This document shows, piece after piece, positions 26,434 through 36,227 of a stretch of 64,000 nt of DNA. The notes beneath the pieces were generated by a model. The model searched no databases, was not told where the DNA came from, and was given only the letters and a program-made list of their open reading frames with translations. A program made the position numbers and the translations under genes. Source of the DNA: Candidatus Parvarchaeum sp. (GTDB lineage: Archaea; Nanobdellota; Nanobdellia; Parvarchaeales; Parvarchaeaceae); the NCBI GenBank assembly GCA_049965555.1, contig JBMFWF010000002.1:26751-90750 (forward strand), in the 5' to 3' direction. Numbering within the stretch: the first letter of the stretch is position 1; every line of letters begins with the position of its first letter.

Positions 26434-28154
26434 ACCATCGGTGTCCCCGAAAAGCTTGAATTGCCTTTATTCTCCATGTAACCTCCGCCCGCTGCCGGGA
26501 ATATCCCTGAAAAACCGCCATAGGGGAACATGTCCTGCTTCAATCCAAGATTAGAATAAGAGGAATAATCTCCTACTATAGAAGAATAAGGCTGGCCAAG
26601 ATAAGAAGGCAAAGATACATAAGGAGTGTTACCATACAAAGGCGCACCCATATACTGAAGAGATTGAATAGTTCCGCTTTCAAGCCCACCTAACCCTCCA
26701 AAAACCTCCATTATAGCAGGAACATCAAGCCCCTTTTCCATCATTGCATCGTAAACCTCTTTTATTGGAGCATTTCCCTGCCCTAAAGGAAGGTGGCTAT
26801 CCTTATTTCCCATATTATCATTTAAATGATATCTTTTCAAATAATCTCCGGCAGCCTTTGCCATTTCAACTATGTCCTTATCGGAATATGGCTGCCCGGT
26901 CTTTGGATTTATGTAGGATTTAAAAACGTTTATGTGCCCGATATCGAGATTTATGCCGATAAGATCGCTGCTTATCTTTTCTGCTTCTCTAAGAGATAAA
27001 TGCTGTTTTTCATGCAGCTCTTTTGCAAATTCTTCCCTAGCTATACGTACTGCCTCTGCAGTGTCCTTAGGATCGCTTAATGACATCGTTGGTGACATAG
27101 GATTTTCAACAAGTATCATTGGCTTTGATTCTGTATTTTTGTAAGAAAACATTGCCGCTTTAACTATACCTTCTGCAGCAAGTTCAGGTGCTTTTTTATC
27201 ATAAGGAATAAACCTATTGGAAAGGCTTTTTTCATCTATTTCAAGCTCTGTATACTTCTGATTTAAATTTTTAACCATATCCTGTATGTTTTCAAGTTCT
27301 TTCTTTGCTTTTTCAAATTCATTTTGATTGGACTTCGACTTAGCAGCGCTCATCTTGGCCAAAATATCTGCCTCTTGATATTCTAGGTTCCTTAAGCTTA
27401 TATTAAGACTTGCTCTTTCTTGATTTATCTGTTGTAATATGCCTTTTTTCTGGAATTCAACTGACCCTTCTGGGCTAAGTATTACCTTGCCATCATCAGA
27501 AACGAAACCAAGTTTTTTATCTTTATTTTCAAATATATTTTTGTAGAAATTTTCGCCGTACATCTCCCTAAATTTCTGCATTGCCAGTCTTTTCCTTTCT
27601 TCAGGATTGCTTACAGTATTTTTGTCGATTCCCAAGTCGATCTCCTGTTTTGTCACTTGAATTACCTTTTCGTCCTTCTGATCATAAACGGAATAAACTA
27701 TACTTTTATCTGGATCTGAAAATTGATCTGCAGAAGCATGGAATATCACAGGCATGTTTTGCCTGCCCATCTTCTTGCTTATATCATCGGCAAACTCCAA
27801 AGCAGTACCTATCTCCCTTTCAACGGAATGTTCATATATTTCCGCTTTCTTTCCTGACTGCGGATCTATACCTGAAAAGTTTATTGCCCAAGGAGCATGA
27901 ACGCTTAAATCAACGTCATTTGTTTTTGCAAGATTTGCTATCGCTTCTCTTTCTGTTTTACCAATAGTATCCGCTGCATTCCCTTGTTCTCCGCCAAGGC
28001 CATATACGCTTGCTACATCTATTTCGACCATCCTTGCACCGCTTCTAAGAACTTTGGCAAACTCCTCTAACTGATTTCTCTCCCCTATAGAAACGCCAAA
28101 TTGGACCTTATTGAACGGGTCGTTGAACTTGCTGTTTAACATGTAGTCTGTCAT
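26430..28154 (-). CDS. AP endonuclease 2 / xylose-isomerase-like metal TIM-barrel protein with coiled-coil insertion
   Basis: SVHAPW, IFHAS, LVENP, INLDIGH, HLNDN.G..DSHLPLGQGN, IMEV; heptad-rich insert. Confidence 0.8.
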   Translation of the reverse strand: MTDYMLNSKFNDPFNKVQFGVSIGERNQLEEFAKVLRSGARMVEIDVASVYGLGGEQGNAADTIGKTEREAIANLAKTNDVDLSVHAPWAINFSGIDPQSGKKAEIYEHSVEREIGTALEFADDISKKMGRQNMPVIFHASADQFSDPDKSIVYSVYDQKDEKVIQVTKQEIDLGIDKNTVSNPEERKRLAMQKFREMYGENFYKNIFENKDKKLGFVSDDGKVILSPEGSVEFQKKGILQQINQERASLNISLRNLEYQEADILAKMSAAKSKSNQNEFEKAKKELENIQDMVKNLNQKYTELEIDEKSLSNRFIPYDKKAPELAAEGIVKAAMFSYKNTESKPMILVENPMSPTMSLSDPKDTAEAVRIAREEFAKELHEKQHLSLREAEKISSDLIGINLDIGHINVFKSYINPKTGQPYSDKDIVEMAKAAGDYLKRYHLNDNMGNKDSHLPLGQGNAPIKEVYDAMMEKGLDVPAIMEVFGGLGGLESGTIQSLQYMGAPLYGNTPYVSLPSYLGQPYSSIVGDYSSYSNLGLKQDMFPYGGFSGIFPAAGGGYMENKGNSSFSGTPMV

Positions 28155-28288
28155 AGATTAGTATTGATAGTCATAAGATAAATGCTTTTTTATTCCATTA
28201 ATAAAAATCAGCTTAAATTGTAAAAAGTACTGTGCTTGTACGCCAGTCCGCAAATAAATGTAATATTTCAGTTAAAATTGCCTATTTA

Positions 28289-28762
28289 TTAATCCCCAAA
28301 CAATCTAACATGTTCCTTCATCATACACCTATTAAATATCACGATTATGCCTCTTTCTTCTGCAAGTTTCTTTGCTTCATCGTTTGAAATTCCTTCCTGC
28401 ATCCATATGACCTTTGGATTTTTATTTATTGCTGCCTGAACAACCGGCAAAACCTTGTCAGATGGCCTAAAAATATCAACTATCTCGACTGTTCCAGGCA
28501 CATCTAAAATAGATGGGTAAGATTTTCTATTTAATATAGAATCGGCATTGGGGTTTACAGGAATTACATCATACCCTTTACCTATTAGATATTTTGGTAT
28601 TTCATGGCTTTCTTTTCCTTCTTCCCTGGACATGCCGACAACTGCTACCTTTTTGTATTTTGAAAGGATGCCCTTTATTTCCTGGTCGCTGTGACTGTCT
28701 TTTGGCATTTGCTGTATTTTTTCATGTTCTTCAATAGAACATTCCGGATCGTTGCTTTCCAT
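28289..28762 (-). CDS. CoA-binding protein (YccU-like)
   Basis: VAVVGMS, GYDVIPVNP, IVDIFRPS, IWMQEG, NRCMMKEH. Confidence 0.92.
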   Translation of the reverse strand: MESNDPECSIEEHEKIQQMPKDSHSDQEIKGILSKYKKVAVVGMSREEGKESHEIPKYLIGKGYDVIPVNPNADSILNRKSYPSILDVPGTVEIVDIFRPSDKVLPVVQAAINKNPKVIWMQEGISNDEAKKLAEERGIIVIFNRCMMKEHVRLFGD

Positions 28763-28804
28763 TTAAATTCAATACTTTACAAATATAAAAAGTATTTATA
28801 GTGC

Positions 28805-29467
28805 TTGTATTCATACAAAGGAATGAAAAATGGCTACGAATATAAAAAAGCCCTTGAAGATATACACAAGCTAGAGAATATAATAGGAACTTGCTGTGAA
28901 GATGCAAAGGATTATAAATTTGTACCTTTGTCACTTTCTTGTAACCTGAATAGCTATGACGAAAAATTGATAGGTATAGATCAAAAGCTTTTATCGGAGG
29001 TTGAAAAGCTAAGTAAATATGATAAAAAGTATTTGTCAGCACTGAAAATGACGGTTTACCATGAGATAGGCCACACTAAAACCTATAAAAAAGACCAGGA
29101 ATACTCATTCAACGAAGCAATCGCAGAGCTTTATGCCCTAAGCAAGGGAAGCATTGATGATTATATTATTGAAATAGCAGTAATGTCCAACATCATGGGA
29201 AATGAGCTTTCTGAGTTCAATCAAACGCTCAGAGAACCCAAAGATGTAGTGGATTATCTTTTAAAACACGACAGTGCTGATAGATGGGAAGACAAGGAAT
29301 TCGCTTCTAAATTTCATGAGTACGAATTTGCAAAAAATGCACTTGATAAAATAAAGTTGACATACGAAGAAATAGTAGACAGAGTATTAAAAGAAAGAGA
29401 GAACATAGATAGTTTAAAAAGGAAGAACAACCTATTTATTGATAAAGATATGATATCAAGAAAATGA
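28805..29467 (+). CDS. Hypothetical protein with HExxH zinc-metallopeptidase motif
   Basis: TVYHEIGH followed by NEAIAE; probable start ATG 28823. Confidence 0.65.
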   Translation: MYSYKGMKNGYEYKKALEDIHKLENIIGTCCEDAKDYKFVPLSLSCNLNSYDEKLIGIDQKLLSEVEKLSKYDKKYLSALKMTVYHEIGHTKTYKKDQEYSFNEAIAELYALSKGSIDDYIIEIAVMSNIMGNELSEFNQTLREPKDVVDYLLKHDSADRWEDKEFASKFHEYEFAKNALDKIKLTYEEIVDRVLKERENIDSLKRKNNLFIDKDMISRK

Positions 29468-31182
29468 GAATTGCCGTAATAAAGGAATCTGAATGCGAAG
29501 CGCCGGATAATTGCAATTACATCTGCACAGAAGTTTGCCCAAGAGTAAGACAAGGGGCAAAAGAAACGGTTTATGCAAGGGAAAACGGCAAAGCCGCGAT
29601 AACTGAAAGCCTTTGCATATCCTGCGGCATATGTGTAAAAAGATGCCCTTTTGATGCAATAAGGATAATAAACCTGCCAGATGAAATGGCAAAGGAGATT
29701 ACATTTCAATATGGTATAAACACATTTAGAACATTCAATATAGCGACGCCTATAGAAGGCAAGGTGGTAGGTTTGATAGGTAGAAATGGAATAGGAAAAA
29801 CAACAAACATAAAACTTATATCAAACGAGCTCGTCCCAAATTTTGGCAACTTTAAAAAAGAGTATTCCTATGAAGAAATAATAAAGGAATTTAGGGGAAA
29901 GGACATACAGCCTTACCTCACAAAGCTTTACAGCAACAACCTTAAAATAGCTAAAAAAGCACAGTCATTCACGCAAGAAGGAAAAGTTAGAGATATAGTA
30001 AAAAGAAACCGCTTTAAACTTGTAACAGAAGATATCTTGGATAGAGACGCGGAAACTTTATCAGGTGGCGAAGCACAGATTGTTGAAATAGCCAAAACAT
30101 TGGATGAAGAAGCGGATGTTTACATATTTGACGAGCCTATGAATTACTTAGATATAAACGCAAGGATAAAAGTAGCTACACAGATAAAAGAAGCGCTTGA
30201 AAACAAAACTGTAGTTGTAGTTGAGCATGACTTAGTAATGCTTGATTATCTCACAGAATTCATACAAGTTTTATACGGCTCGGAATCAAACTATGGGATA
30301 GCTTCGCACATTATGCCTTCCAGAAATGGTATAAACACTTATTTAGAGGGTTATCTTCCTACTGAAAACGTCAGATTCAGAGATTACAGTATAAAAATAA
30401 AAAAGACGCTGCCGCCTGTTACTAACGAGCCATTTATTTCGTGGCCGGAATTCATTGTTGATTTAAAGGATTTCAAGCTAGATACAAAAGGGGGAAAACT
30501 TTACAGAGGAGATATAATAGGAATAATTGGTGAAAACGGGATAGGGAAAAGTACGTTTATAAAGGCGCTTGCAGGCCTAATTGAAACTAACATAGGCAAA
30601 CTTGATTTGGGTATAAAGATATCTTATAAACCACAGATACTAAAGCCTTTTGATATGATTGTTAGCGATGCTCTGTTGAGCGTAAATCCGGAATATGAAA
30701 AGGATTTGGGTATTTTATCTGCTATTAACAAACTTGGGATAAATAAATTGATGAACAAGAATGTAAACACGCTTTCGGGCGGAGAGCTTCAAAAACTTGC
30801 AATAATAACTACCCTTATGAAAGCTGCTGATGTTTACCTTATAGATGAACCGTCCGCAAACTTAGACATAGAAGACAGACTTGAATGCATGGGCATAATA
30901 TCCTCATTTATCTCCTCAAGAAACAAGTGTGCTATAGTAGTTGATCATGATCTTGCTTTTCTTGATTCTACCTGCCCTAAAAGCATATTATTCAGCGGTA
31001 AAAAGGGAGTAAAAGGTATGACTGATCAAATAGAAAGCACTAACAAAGCAATAAACAATTTCCTTAAAAGTATAGATGTCACTATCAGAAGGGACAAAGA
31101 CAGCGGACGACCCAGGATAAATCAAAGAGGCAGCAGGCTGGATACAGAGCAAAAGGCCGCTGGCGTTTACTTTGCTGAATAA
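29464..31182 (+). CDS. rli: Ribosome recycling ATPase ABCE1 (Rli1)
   Basis: MRIAVI, Fe-S domain CISCGICVKRCPF, two NBDs (GRNGIGKT, GENGIGKS, LSGGE), GRPRIN. Confidence 0.96.
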   Translation: MRIAVIKESECEAPDNCNYICTEVCPRVRQGAKETVYARENGKAAITESLCISCGICVKRCPFDAIRIINLPDEMAKEITFQYGINTFRTFNIATPIEGKVVGLIGRNGIGKTTNIKLISNELVPNFGNFKKEYSYEEIIKEFRGKDIQPYLTKLYSNNLKIAKKAQSFTQEGKVRDIVKRNRFKLVTEDILDRDAETLSGGEAQIVEIAKTLDEEADVYIFDEPMNYLDINARIKVATQIKEALENKTVVVVEHDLVMLDYLTEFIQVLYGSESNYGIASHIMPSRNGINTYLEGYLPTENVRFRDYSIKIKKTLPPVTNEPFISWPEFIVDLKDFKLDTKGGKLYRGDIIGIIGENGIGKSTFIKALAGLIETNIGKLDLGIKISYKPQILKPFDMIVSDALLSVNPEYEKDLGILSAINKLGINKLMNKNVNTLSGGELQKLAIITTLMKAADVYLIDEPSANLDIEDRLECMGIISSFISSRNKCAIVVDHDLAFLDSTCPKSILFSGKKGVKGMTDQIESTNKAINNFLKSIDVTIRRDKDSGRPRINQRGSRLDTEQKAAGVYFAE

Positions 31183-31286
31183 CCACAATGCAGTTAATAA
31201 TAAAGTTATTTCAATAATATAGAAGTAATACAAAACAGCCCTTTTTATTTGGAATATTTCTAAAATAGTTATGAGGGGGGATAAAA

Positions 31287-31529
31287 ATGGAAAGGATGGA
31301 GGAAACAGGAAGTTTATATGAAAAGTTATTACAGCAGATAACTTTGTACAACCAATACAAAAACAACATAGATTTCGAAAAAGCCCAAAAACTAAGCAGG
31401 CTTCTAATGAATATAAACAACCTTGCCATAAAATTGGGTGTTTATAGAGGAGATGTTGAATCGGAATTAAACAGCATGGAAACAAAGCTTAGAAACGAAG
31501 AAAGAAATAAGTCCATAATATTCATATAG
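31287..31529 (+). CDS. Hypothetical small helical protein
   Basis: 80-aa ORF preceded by SD-like GAGGGGGG. Confidence 0.6.
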   Translation: MERMEETGSLYEKLLQQITLYNQYKNNIDFEKAQKLSRLLMNINNLAIKLGVYRGDVESELNSMETKLRNEERNKSIIFI

Positions 31530-31530
31530 A

Positions 31531-32247
31531 TTACTTCTGGACCTCAAATTTTAAAAGATCAATAGCAAGAATATGCAAAGTAGCTGAGCCGGTTGAAACT
31601 CCTGTTGAAGAAGAGGTTACTACATCATAACTATTCGGATCTGCATATGAAGGCACAAAAATTGTGCAGTACCCTGACGGAGTATCATTTAAGGTTGTCC
31701 ACCCCGTTACTGTTCCATTTATATAAAGCACATTGCAATCCGGGGCATTTATAGTATCATTGTAAGAGGGAAAAACGCTTTTTATCGATAAAGAAGAATT
31801 GCATGATGAGCCGCATGCGCTGCTGTAATTCGTCACAAGCAGCGGCTCATAAAAAGTAGAGTAGGAAGAAGAAGGAGAGAACCTGGAATCATATGAAAAT
31901 ATTAGATCTGAGGGGGTATCATTATTAGAATAATTAGATTTTGTAAATACCTGCAAAAGAAAAGGACTGGATATTTCAGAGTTTAAAACTGATGAAATGT
32001 AAGAATTCAAAGTCGAGGCAGAACCTCCATTCTGAAATATCAAAAGCTGATTTGTTGTGGAAGAAACAACGGAGAATGAAGACACTGCAGAGTATATCTG
32101 GGAGAGAAAATCGCTGTTGGTGGTTATTGAACTATTCAGGGTGAGGTAATAACTTGTTATTGCATATGCAGAAGCGATGACACCGAGTATTATTATACTG
32201 CCAACAACAAGATCAATAGTAAAAACCTGTCCTTTTTTCATGACCAC
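31531..32247 (-). CDS. Pilin-like surface protein with class III signal peptide
   Basis: KKG|QVFTIDLVVGSIIILGVI; Ser-rich, four Cys. Confidence 0.75.
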   Translation of the reverse strand: MVMKKGQVFTIDLVVGSIIILGVIASAYAITSYYLTLNSSITTNSDFLSQIYSAVSSFSVVSSTTNQLLIFQNGGSASTLNSYISSVLNSEISSPFLLQVFTKSNYSNNDTPSDLIFSYDSRFSPSSSYSTFYEPLLVTNYSSACGSSCNSSLSIKSVFPSYNDTINAPDCNVLYINGTVTGWTTLNDTPSGYCTIFVPSYADPNSYDVVTSSSTGVSTGSATLHILAIDLLKFEVQK

Positions 32248-32765
32248 TCCGTATAAGAAAGCCTAATTATTTCATTTCCAGGGTATAACACAGCAAACCT
32301 TTGTATAGAAGCAACATAGCTAGAGGAATAATCTATTGGAAAGCCAGCGGTTACCGGTTTTCCGTTCAAAACTAATACCGAACCATTTAAATAATAAAAT
32401 GTTATATTAAATGAATCGCCGCTCTTTAAAAGAGAGGATAGACAAGAAACTGGCAATGTTGTTAGATTGTACAGCTTTATAGGGGATACTTCTAAATTAT
32501 TATACAGTACCCCCAGTTGCTTTATTTGACTGCATGAAAAAGAATACCAATTAGACGGGTAACCTTGGGAACCAAGTAGGGAATTGGCTGCTTGAACTGC
32601 AAGGTTATTGATATAACTGGAAGCTATCTGTGAATAATAAGAGGAATAAGAATTGTTTATGTCTGCATTTGAGTAAAGAAAAAGCAAAACAGTTGTAAAT
32701 AAAAGCAGGAATATAAACAAGGCAATAAGCAAATCTATTGTGAATATCTGCCCTTTTTTATCCAT
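32238..32765 (-). CDS. Pilin-like protein with class III signal peptide
   Basis: KKG|QIFTIDLLIALFIFLLLF; G.P.NW motif. Confidence 0.75.
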   Translation of the reverse strand: MDKKGQIFTIDLLIALFIFLLLFTTVLLFLYSNADINNSYSSYYSQIASSYINNLAVQAANSLLGSQGYPSNWYSFSCSQIKQLGVLYNNLEVSPIKLYNLTTLPVSCLSSLLKSGDSFNITFYYLNGSVLVLNGKPVTAGFPIDYSSSYVASIQRFAVLYPGNEIIRLSYTEWS

Positions 32766-32924
32766 AAGTTTATAAATCCGTCATGGTATTAATCCGTAAT
32801 ATGTCTTTATTGCCGGTTAATTGCAATAACGACACATAAACCTGTATCCTTGTTATCATACTTCTTGCTTTATTGTTAAATATTAAATTACAAGATATAA
32901 ATAATATATGGTGGACTGTTAATA

Positions 32925-33716
32925 ATGGAAGACATAAATGAGATTTATGACAAAATAATTGGTAAATTAAATGAAGGCCCCTCTCTTATACTTGAGATAG
33001 CAGAAAGGATAGAAAAGGATACATTGCAGACACAAACTATAGTCGATTATTTTGCAGCAAGGGGAGAGATAAAAAAGACATCAAGGAAATTCGGCTCTTC
33101 TCCAGTGTACTTTCTTGAGAAAGACAGGGAAAAGGCGCTTAACCTGCTAATGCAGACGTTAAACAACCAGGAGAAAGCTTTGGTAGCTAAAATACGCGAT
33201 AAAAAGGTAGTTAATATGGAATCTCTTTCTTCGGCAGAGCGTTACATATCGCAGAACCTTACTGATTTCATGAAGAAAGTCTCTGCACAGGATAACCAGA
33301 CGGGACAGAAGGCAGATTACCTTTATGAGCAAGGCTTGAGCTTGGATGCTGTAAAATCGCTAATAAATTCAAAAGACGAAAAACCTAAACCAGCTCAACG
33401 CGAAGCGAATATCAAAAAAACAAAGGAACACAAAGAGCCTGTAAAACAGGAATTCAATGAAATTCTGATAAAAAATGGGTTTGAAGAGCCAAAGGAAATT
33501 GAAAAGGGGGTTTTCCTGTGTTTTTATGGGCAGCATAGGATAAAAGTAATCGTACAGATATTGAACAAAAAATCTATAGTAAAGAAGGATTTCATAAATG
33601 CAATGGGATACAGCACTGTTTATAAGACAATAGCGTTTATACTTACAAATGCTGAAAAAATAGCCGGAAACAAAAGTTTTGGCAACATGGTGAATGTTAT
33701 AAAAACAGAGATATGA
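32925..33716 (+). CDS. Hypothetical protein with probable N-terminal winged helix
   Basis: KIIGKLNEGPSLILEIAERI...GEIKK..FGSSPVYF. Confidence 0.65.
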   Translation: MEDINEIYDKIIGKLNEGPSLILEIAERIEKDTLQTQTIVDYFAARGEIKKTSRKFGSSPVYFLEKDREKALNLLMQTLNNQEKALVAKIRDKKVVNMESLSSAERYISQNLTDFMKKVSAQDNQTGQKADYLYEQGLSLDAVKSLINSKDEKPKPAQREANIKKTKEHKEPVKQEFNEILIKNGFEEPKEIEKGVFLCFYGQHRIKVIVQILNKKSIVKKDFINAMGYSTVYKTIAFILTNAEKIAGNKSFGNMVNVIKTEI

Positions 33717-34459
33717 AAAAAGACAAGATATTCCTTCTTAATGAAAATTATTCGATAGCGATAGATGGAGATAAAGAAAGCAATACACAATTCGGGATAT
33801 TCAAACCATCCAATATAAAAGGCAAAAAACCCGGCTCCAAGGTAAAAACCCATAATGGAAATACATTTTATGTAGTTGAACCCGGAGCTCCTGATTTAAT
33901 AAAGAAGATAATAAGGCTGCCGCAGATAGTCACATTAAAAGACATTGGTAGCATGACCATGTATCTTGGAGTAAAAAATAATAGTAAGATATTCGATGCA
34001 GGAACAGGCTCTGGAGTTGTCGCATGCTCGCTTGCAAATCTTTCAAAAGATATAAAAGTCTTTTCCTATGAAATAAGAAAGGAATTCATTAAGGTGGCGA
34101 AGAAAAACGCGGAGCTGTTTAAACTTAATAATATAAAGTTCAGCAACTTGGACGTAAAGAATGGAATAAAAGAAAGAAATTTCGACTGCGGAGTTCTTGA
34201 TTTGCCGGATCCCTGGGATGTATTGCCGGTAATAGCAAAAAACTTTAAGGTAGGTGCAAGGATAGTTGCCTATTCCCCATCTATTATACAGGTAGAGAAA
34301 ACCCTTAGATCGCTTCCTAAAAATATGAAAGCAGAAAGATTAATACAGAACAATGAAATAAACTGGAAAAATGAAATAGAAAGGGACATACTAAGACCGG
34401 AAAGCAATGGAATACTGCATACTGCTTTTCTGCTTTTTATAAGAAAAGTTGCTCCTTAA
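33713..34459 (+). CDS. trmI: tRNA (adenine57/58-N1)-methyltransferase
   Basis: R.PQIVTLKD, DAGTGSG, SYEIRKEF, LDLPDPW, YSPSIIQV, HTAFL. Confidence 0.93.
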   Translation: MKKDKIFLLNENYSIAIDGDKESNTQFGIFKPSNIKGKKPGSKVKTHNGNTFYVVEPGAPDLIKKIIRLPQIVTLKDIGSMTMYLGVKNNSKIFDAGTGSGVVACSLANLSKDIKVFSYEIRKEFIKVAKKNAELFKLNNIKFSNLDVKNGIKERNFDCGVLDLPDPWDVLPVIAKNFKVGARIVAYSPSIIQVEKTLRSLPKNMKAERLIQNNEINWKNEIERDILRPESNGILHTAFLLFIRKVAP

Positions 34460-34479
34460 AATTACGGTAAAATTAGAGC

Positions 34480-35109
34480 TTATCTGCTTGAAGCTGCCTG
34501 CCTTTCCGTATCTATTCTTTTTGAGATAGGGAATGCAATATCTTGATTATTCGCTGCCTGTGTAAGTATCTCATACAATGCTCTGTCTGCCTTTTTGCCT
34601 GTTGCAGATAACTGATAGGTTCCTTCTGCGATCCACCTCAAAGCTAAATCGACTCTTCTTATTGGAGCAGTATCAACCTGCTTTGCGAGCCTCTGCCCGC
34701 CTATCAAAAGAGTCATTACCTCCTCTTTTGGTGCCGAGTTCTCTATTGCCTTTACAAGAACCTGCAGAGGATTTAATCCATCCTTGCTTATCATGTCAAA
34801 AGCGCTTTCAACTAAATTAGAAGCGGTATTGAACCTGCCCGACATTAACTTACTAGTCCTTAAATGCTTTTTGCCTCTATGTCCAGGCACCATAAGATGG
34901 CTTATAAGGCGCTCAACAATGCTCATCCTTTCTCTTGCAAGCCTCTGCTGGGAAAGTCTACCGGAAGTCTTGGGCACTATAACGGGTTTTAAAGAGATTA
35001 CATTTTTAAGGCCTAAATCATTTACAGTTACTCCTTCGAAACTGTACTTTCCAAAGAGTTTTATCTCGTTCTCTTTTTTGACGTTTTCCAATGATTTTTC
35101 TTCTTCCAT
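34480..35109 (-). CDS. rps7: Ribosomal protein uS7
   Basis: KLFGKY, NPLQVLVKAIENSAPKEE, VD.AP.RRVDLALR, ERQAASSR. Confidence 0.97.
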   Translation of the reverse strand: MEEEKSLENVKKENEIKLFGKYSFEGVTVNDLGLKNVISLKPVIVPKTSGRLSQQRLARERMSIVERLISHLMVPGHRGKKHLRTSKLMSGRFNTASNLVESAFDMISKDGLNPLQVLVKAIENSAPKEEVMTLLIGGQRLAKQVDTAPIRRVDLALRWIAEGTYQLSATGKKADRALYEILTQAANNQDIAFPISKRIDTERQAASSR

Positions 35110-35110
35110 T

Positions 35111-35548
35111 TTATCTTACAGGTTTCTGCTTTCTTCCTTTAACTAATTCCTTCAATGATATACCGTTGACTTTTGTTATCTTAAACTTTACTCCAGGAAG
35201 GTCTCCGCGTGCTCCTTTCTGTGCACCGCCTATTCTTTCAATTATTACATCATTGTGTTCATCTACAAATGAAACGCCTTTGCTCCAAGGGATATATGCT
35301 GTTATAATCTTACCATTTTTAGTAAGCTGAACCTTACATGATTTTCTTTTTCCGGATGATGGCTTCTTTGGCGTTATTTCTACTTTCTCTAAGACTATCC
35401 CTCTTGCCTGAGGTGCGCCTGCTAGAGGGTCATTCTTTCTCCAGCTTCCGCTGAAGTAGGACTTGCTTTTGTTCTTGCTGAACCTTACTTTCTCCTTTCT
35501 TCTCAGCAACATTTTCCCGTTAAATAATCCGCGTGTCTTGTTTCCCAT
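35111..35548 (-). CDS. rps12: Ribosomal protein uS12
   Basis: GAPQARGIVLEK, VQLTKNGKIITAYIP, GDLPGVKFK. Confidence 0.97.
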   Translation of the reverse strand: MGNKTRGLFNGKMLLRRKEKVRFSKNKSKSYFSGSWRKNDPLAGAPQARGIVLEKVEITPKKPSSGKRKSCKVQLTKNGKIITAYIPWSKGVSFVDEHNDVIIERIGGAQKGARGDLPGVKFKITKVNGISLKELVKGRKQKPVR

Positions 35549-35554
35549 AATTTT

Positions 35555-35965
35555 TTACTTAATATTTATACTAACTATATTAAAATACCTTTGCATTAGC
35601 ATTTTAATAAGTTTTATTTTGTTACTGCTTATCTTACCGTCAACTGAAGCTTCTACTTTCTTGGATTCATCTTCTTTCCCATTAACGGTTATGTATCCAG
35701 ATATAAGTTTGTTTGGCCTTATAACGTTTTCAAAAAGCTTTACAGGGTCATCGGAATACTCTATTACAACAACTTCCTTCTTCAGCATTTCCTGCAGCAT
35801 CTTTATCTTGATTCCATTTTTCCCTATTGCTAAGCCGGCCTGGCCTTGATTTACTACAAAAATTATCTTATCTTCGAAGTTTATGCAGTCTCTAGGCATG
35901 ACGCTTGTAACATCAGAGAATAGATTCATTGATAAGATAATGTCGCTGTCGAATTTTATGTTCAT
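35555..35965 (-). CDS. nusA: Archaeal NusA
   Basis: IFVV..GQAGLAIGKNG KH motif, IEYSDD; conserved operon position. Confidence 0.92.
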   Translation of the reverse strand: MNIKFDSDIILSMNLFSDVTSVMPRDCINFEDKIIFVVNQGQAGLAIGKNGIKIKMLQEMLKKEVVVIEYSDDPVKLFENVIRPNKLISGYITVNGKEDESKKVEASVDGKISSNKIKLIKMLMQRYFNIVSINIK

Positions 35966-35969
35966 ATCT

Positions 35970-36227
35970 TTACTTCTTAATCCCCAAAACAGTTATGCCA
36001 AATGATTTACCGCATGCGATTGAAAGCGCGTCGCTGTCTCCATCATACTTGTATTTTTCGGTTTCAACCTCGTTTAGCTTTTCAAGGATTTTTTCGCTGG
36101 CATTGCTAGCGTATACTATAAAAGAAAGCTCTCCGTTTTTATAGGCCCTCAATGTAGAATTTAAGCCTATAAACACTTTATTGCTCTTTATCTTTTCCTG
36201 AAGTTTCTTCGCTATTTCCTTTTCCAT
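35970..36227 (-). CDS. rpl30e: Ribosomal protein eL30
   Basis: VFIGLNSTLR, YASNA, L..ACGKSF; position after rpoA2. Confidence 0.9.
   Translation of the reverse strand: MEKEIAKKLQEKIKSNKVFIGLNSTLRAYKNGELSFIVYASNASEKILEKLNEVETEKYKYDGDSDALSIACGKSFGITVLGIKK

Noticed and set aside
32770-32859. 29-codon minus-strand ORF upstream of the pilin-like pair
   Set aside because: Too short, with no signal peptide or motif to support it.
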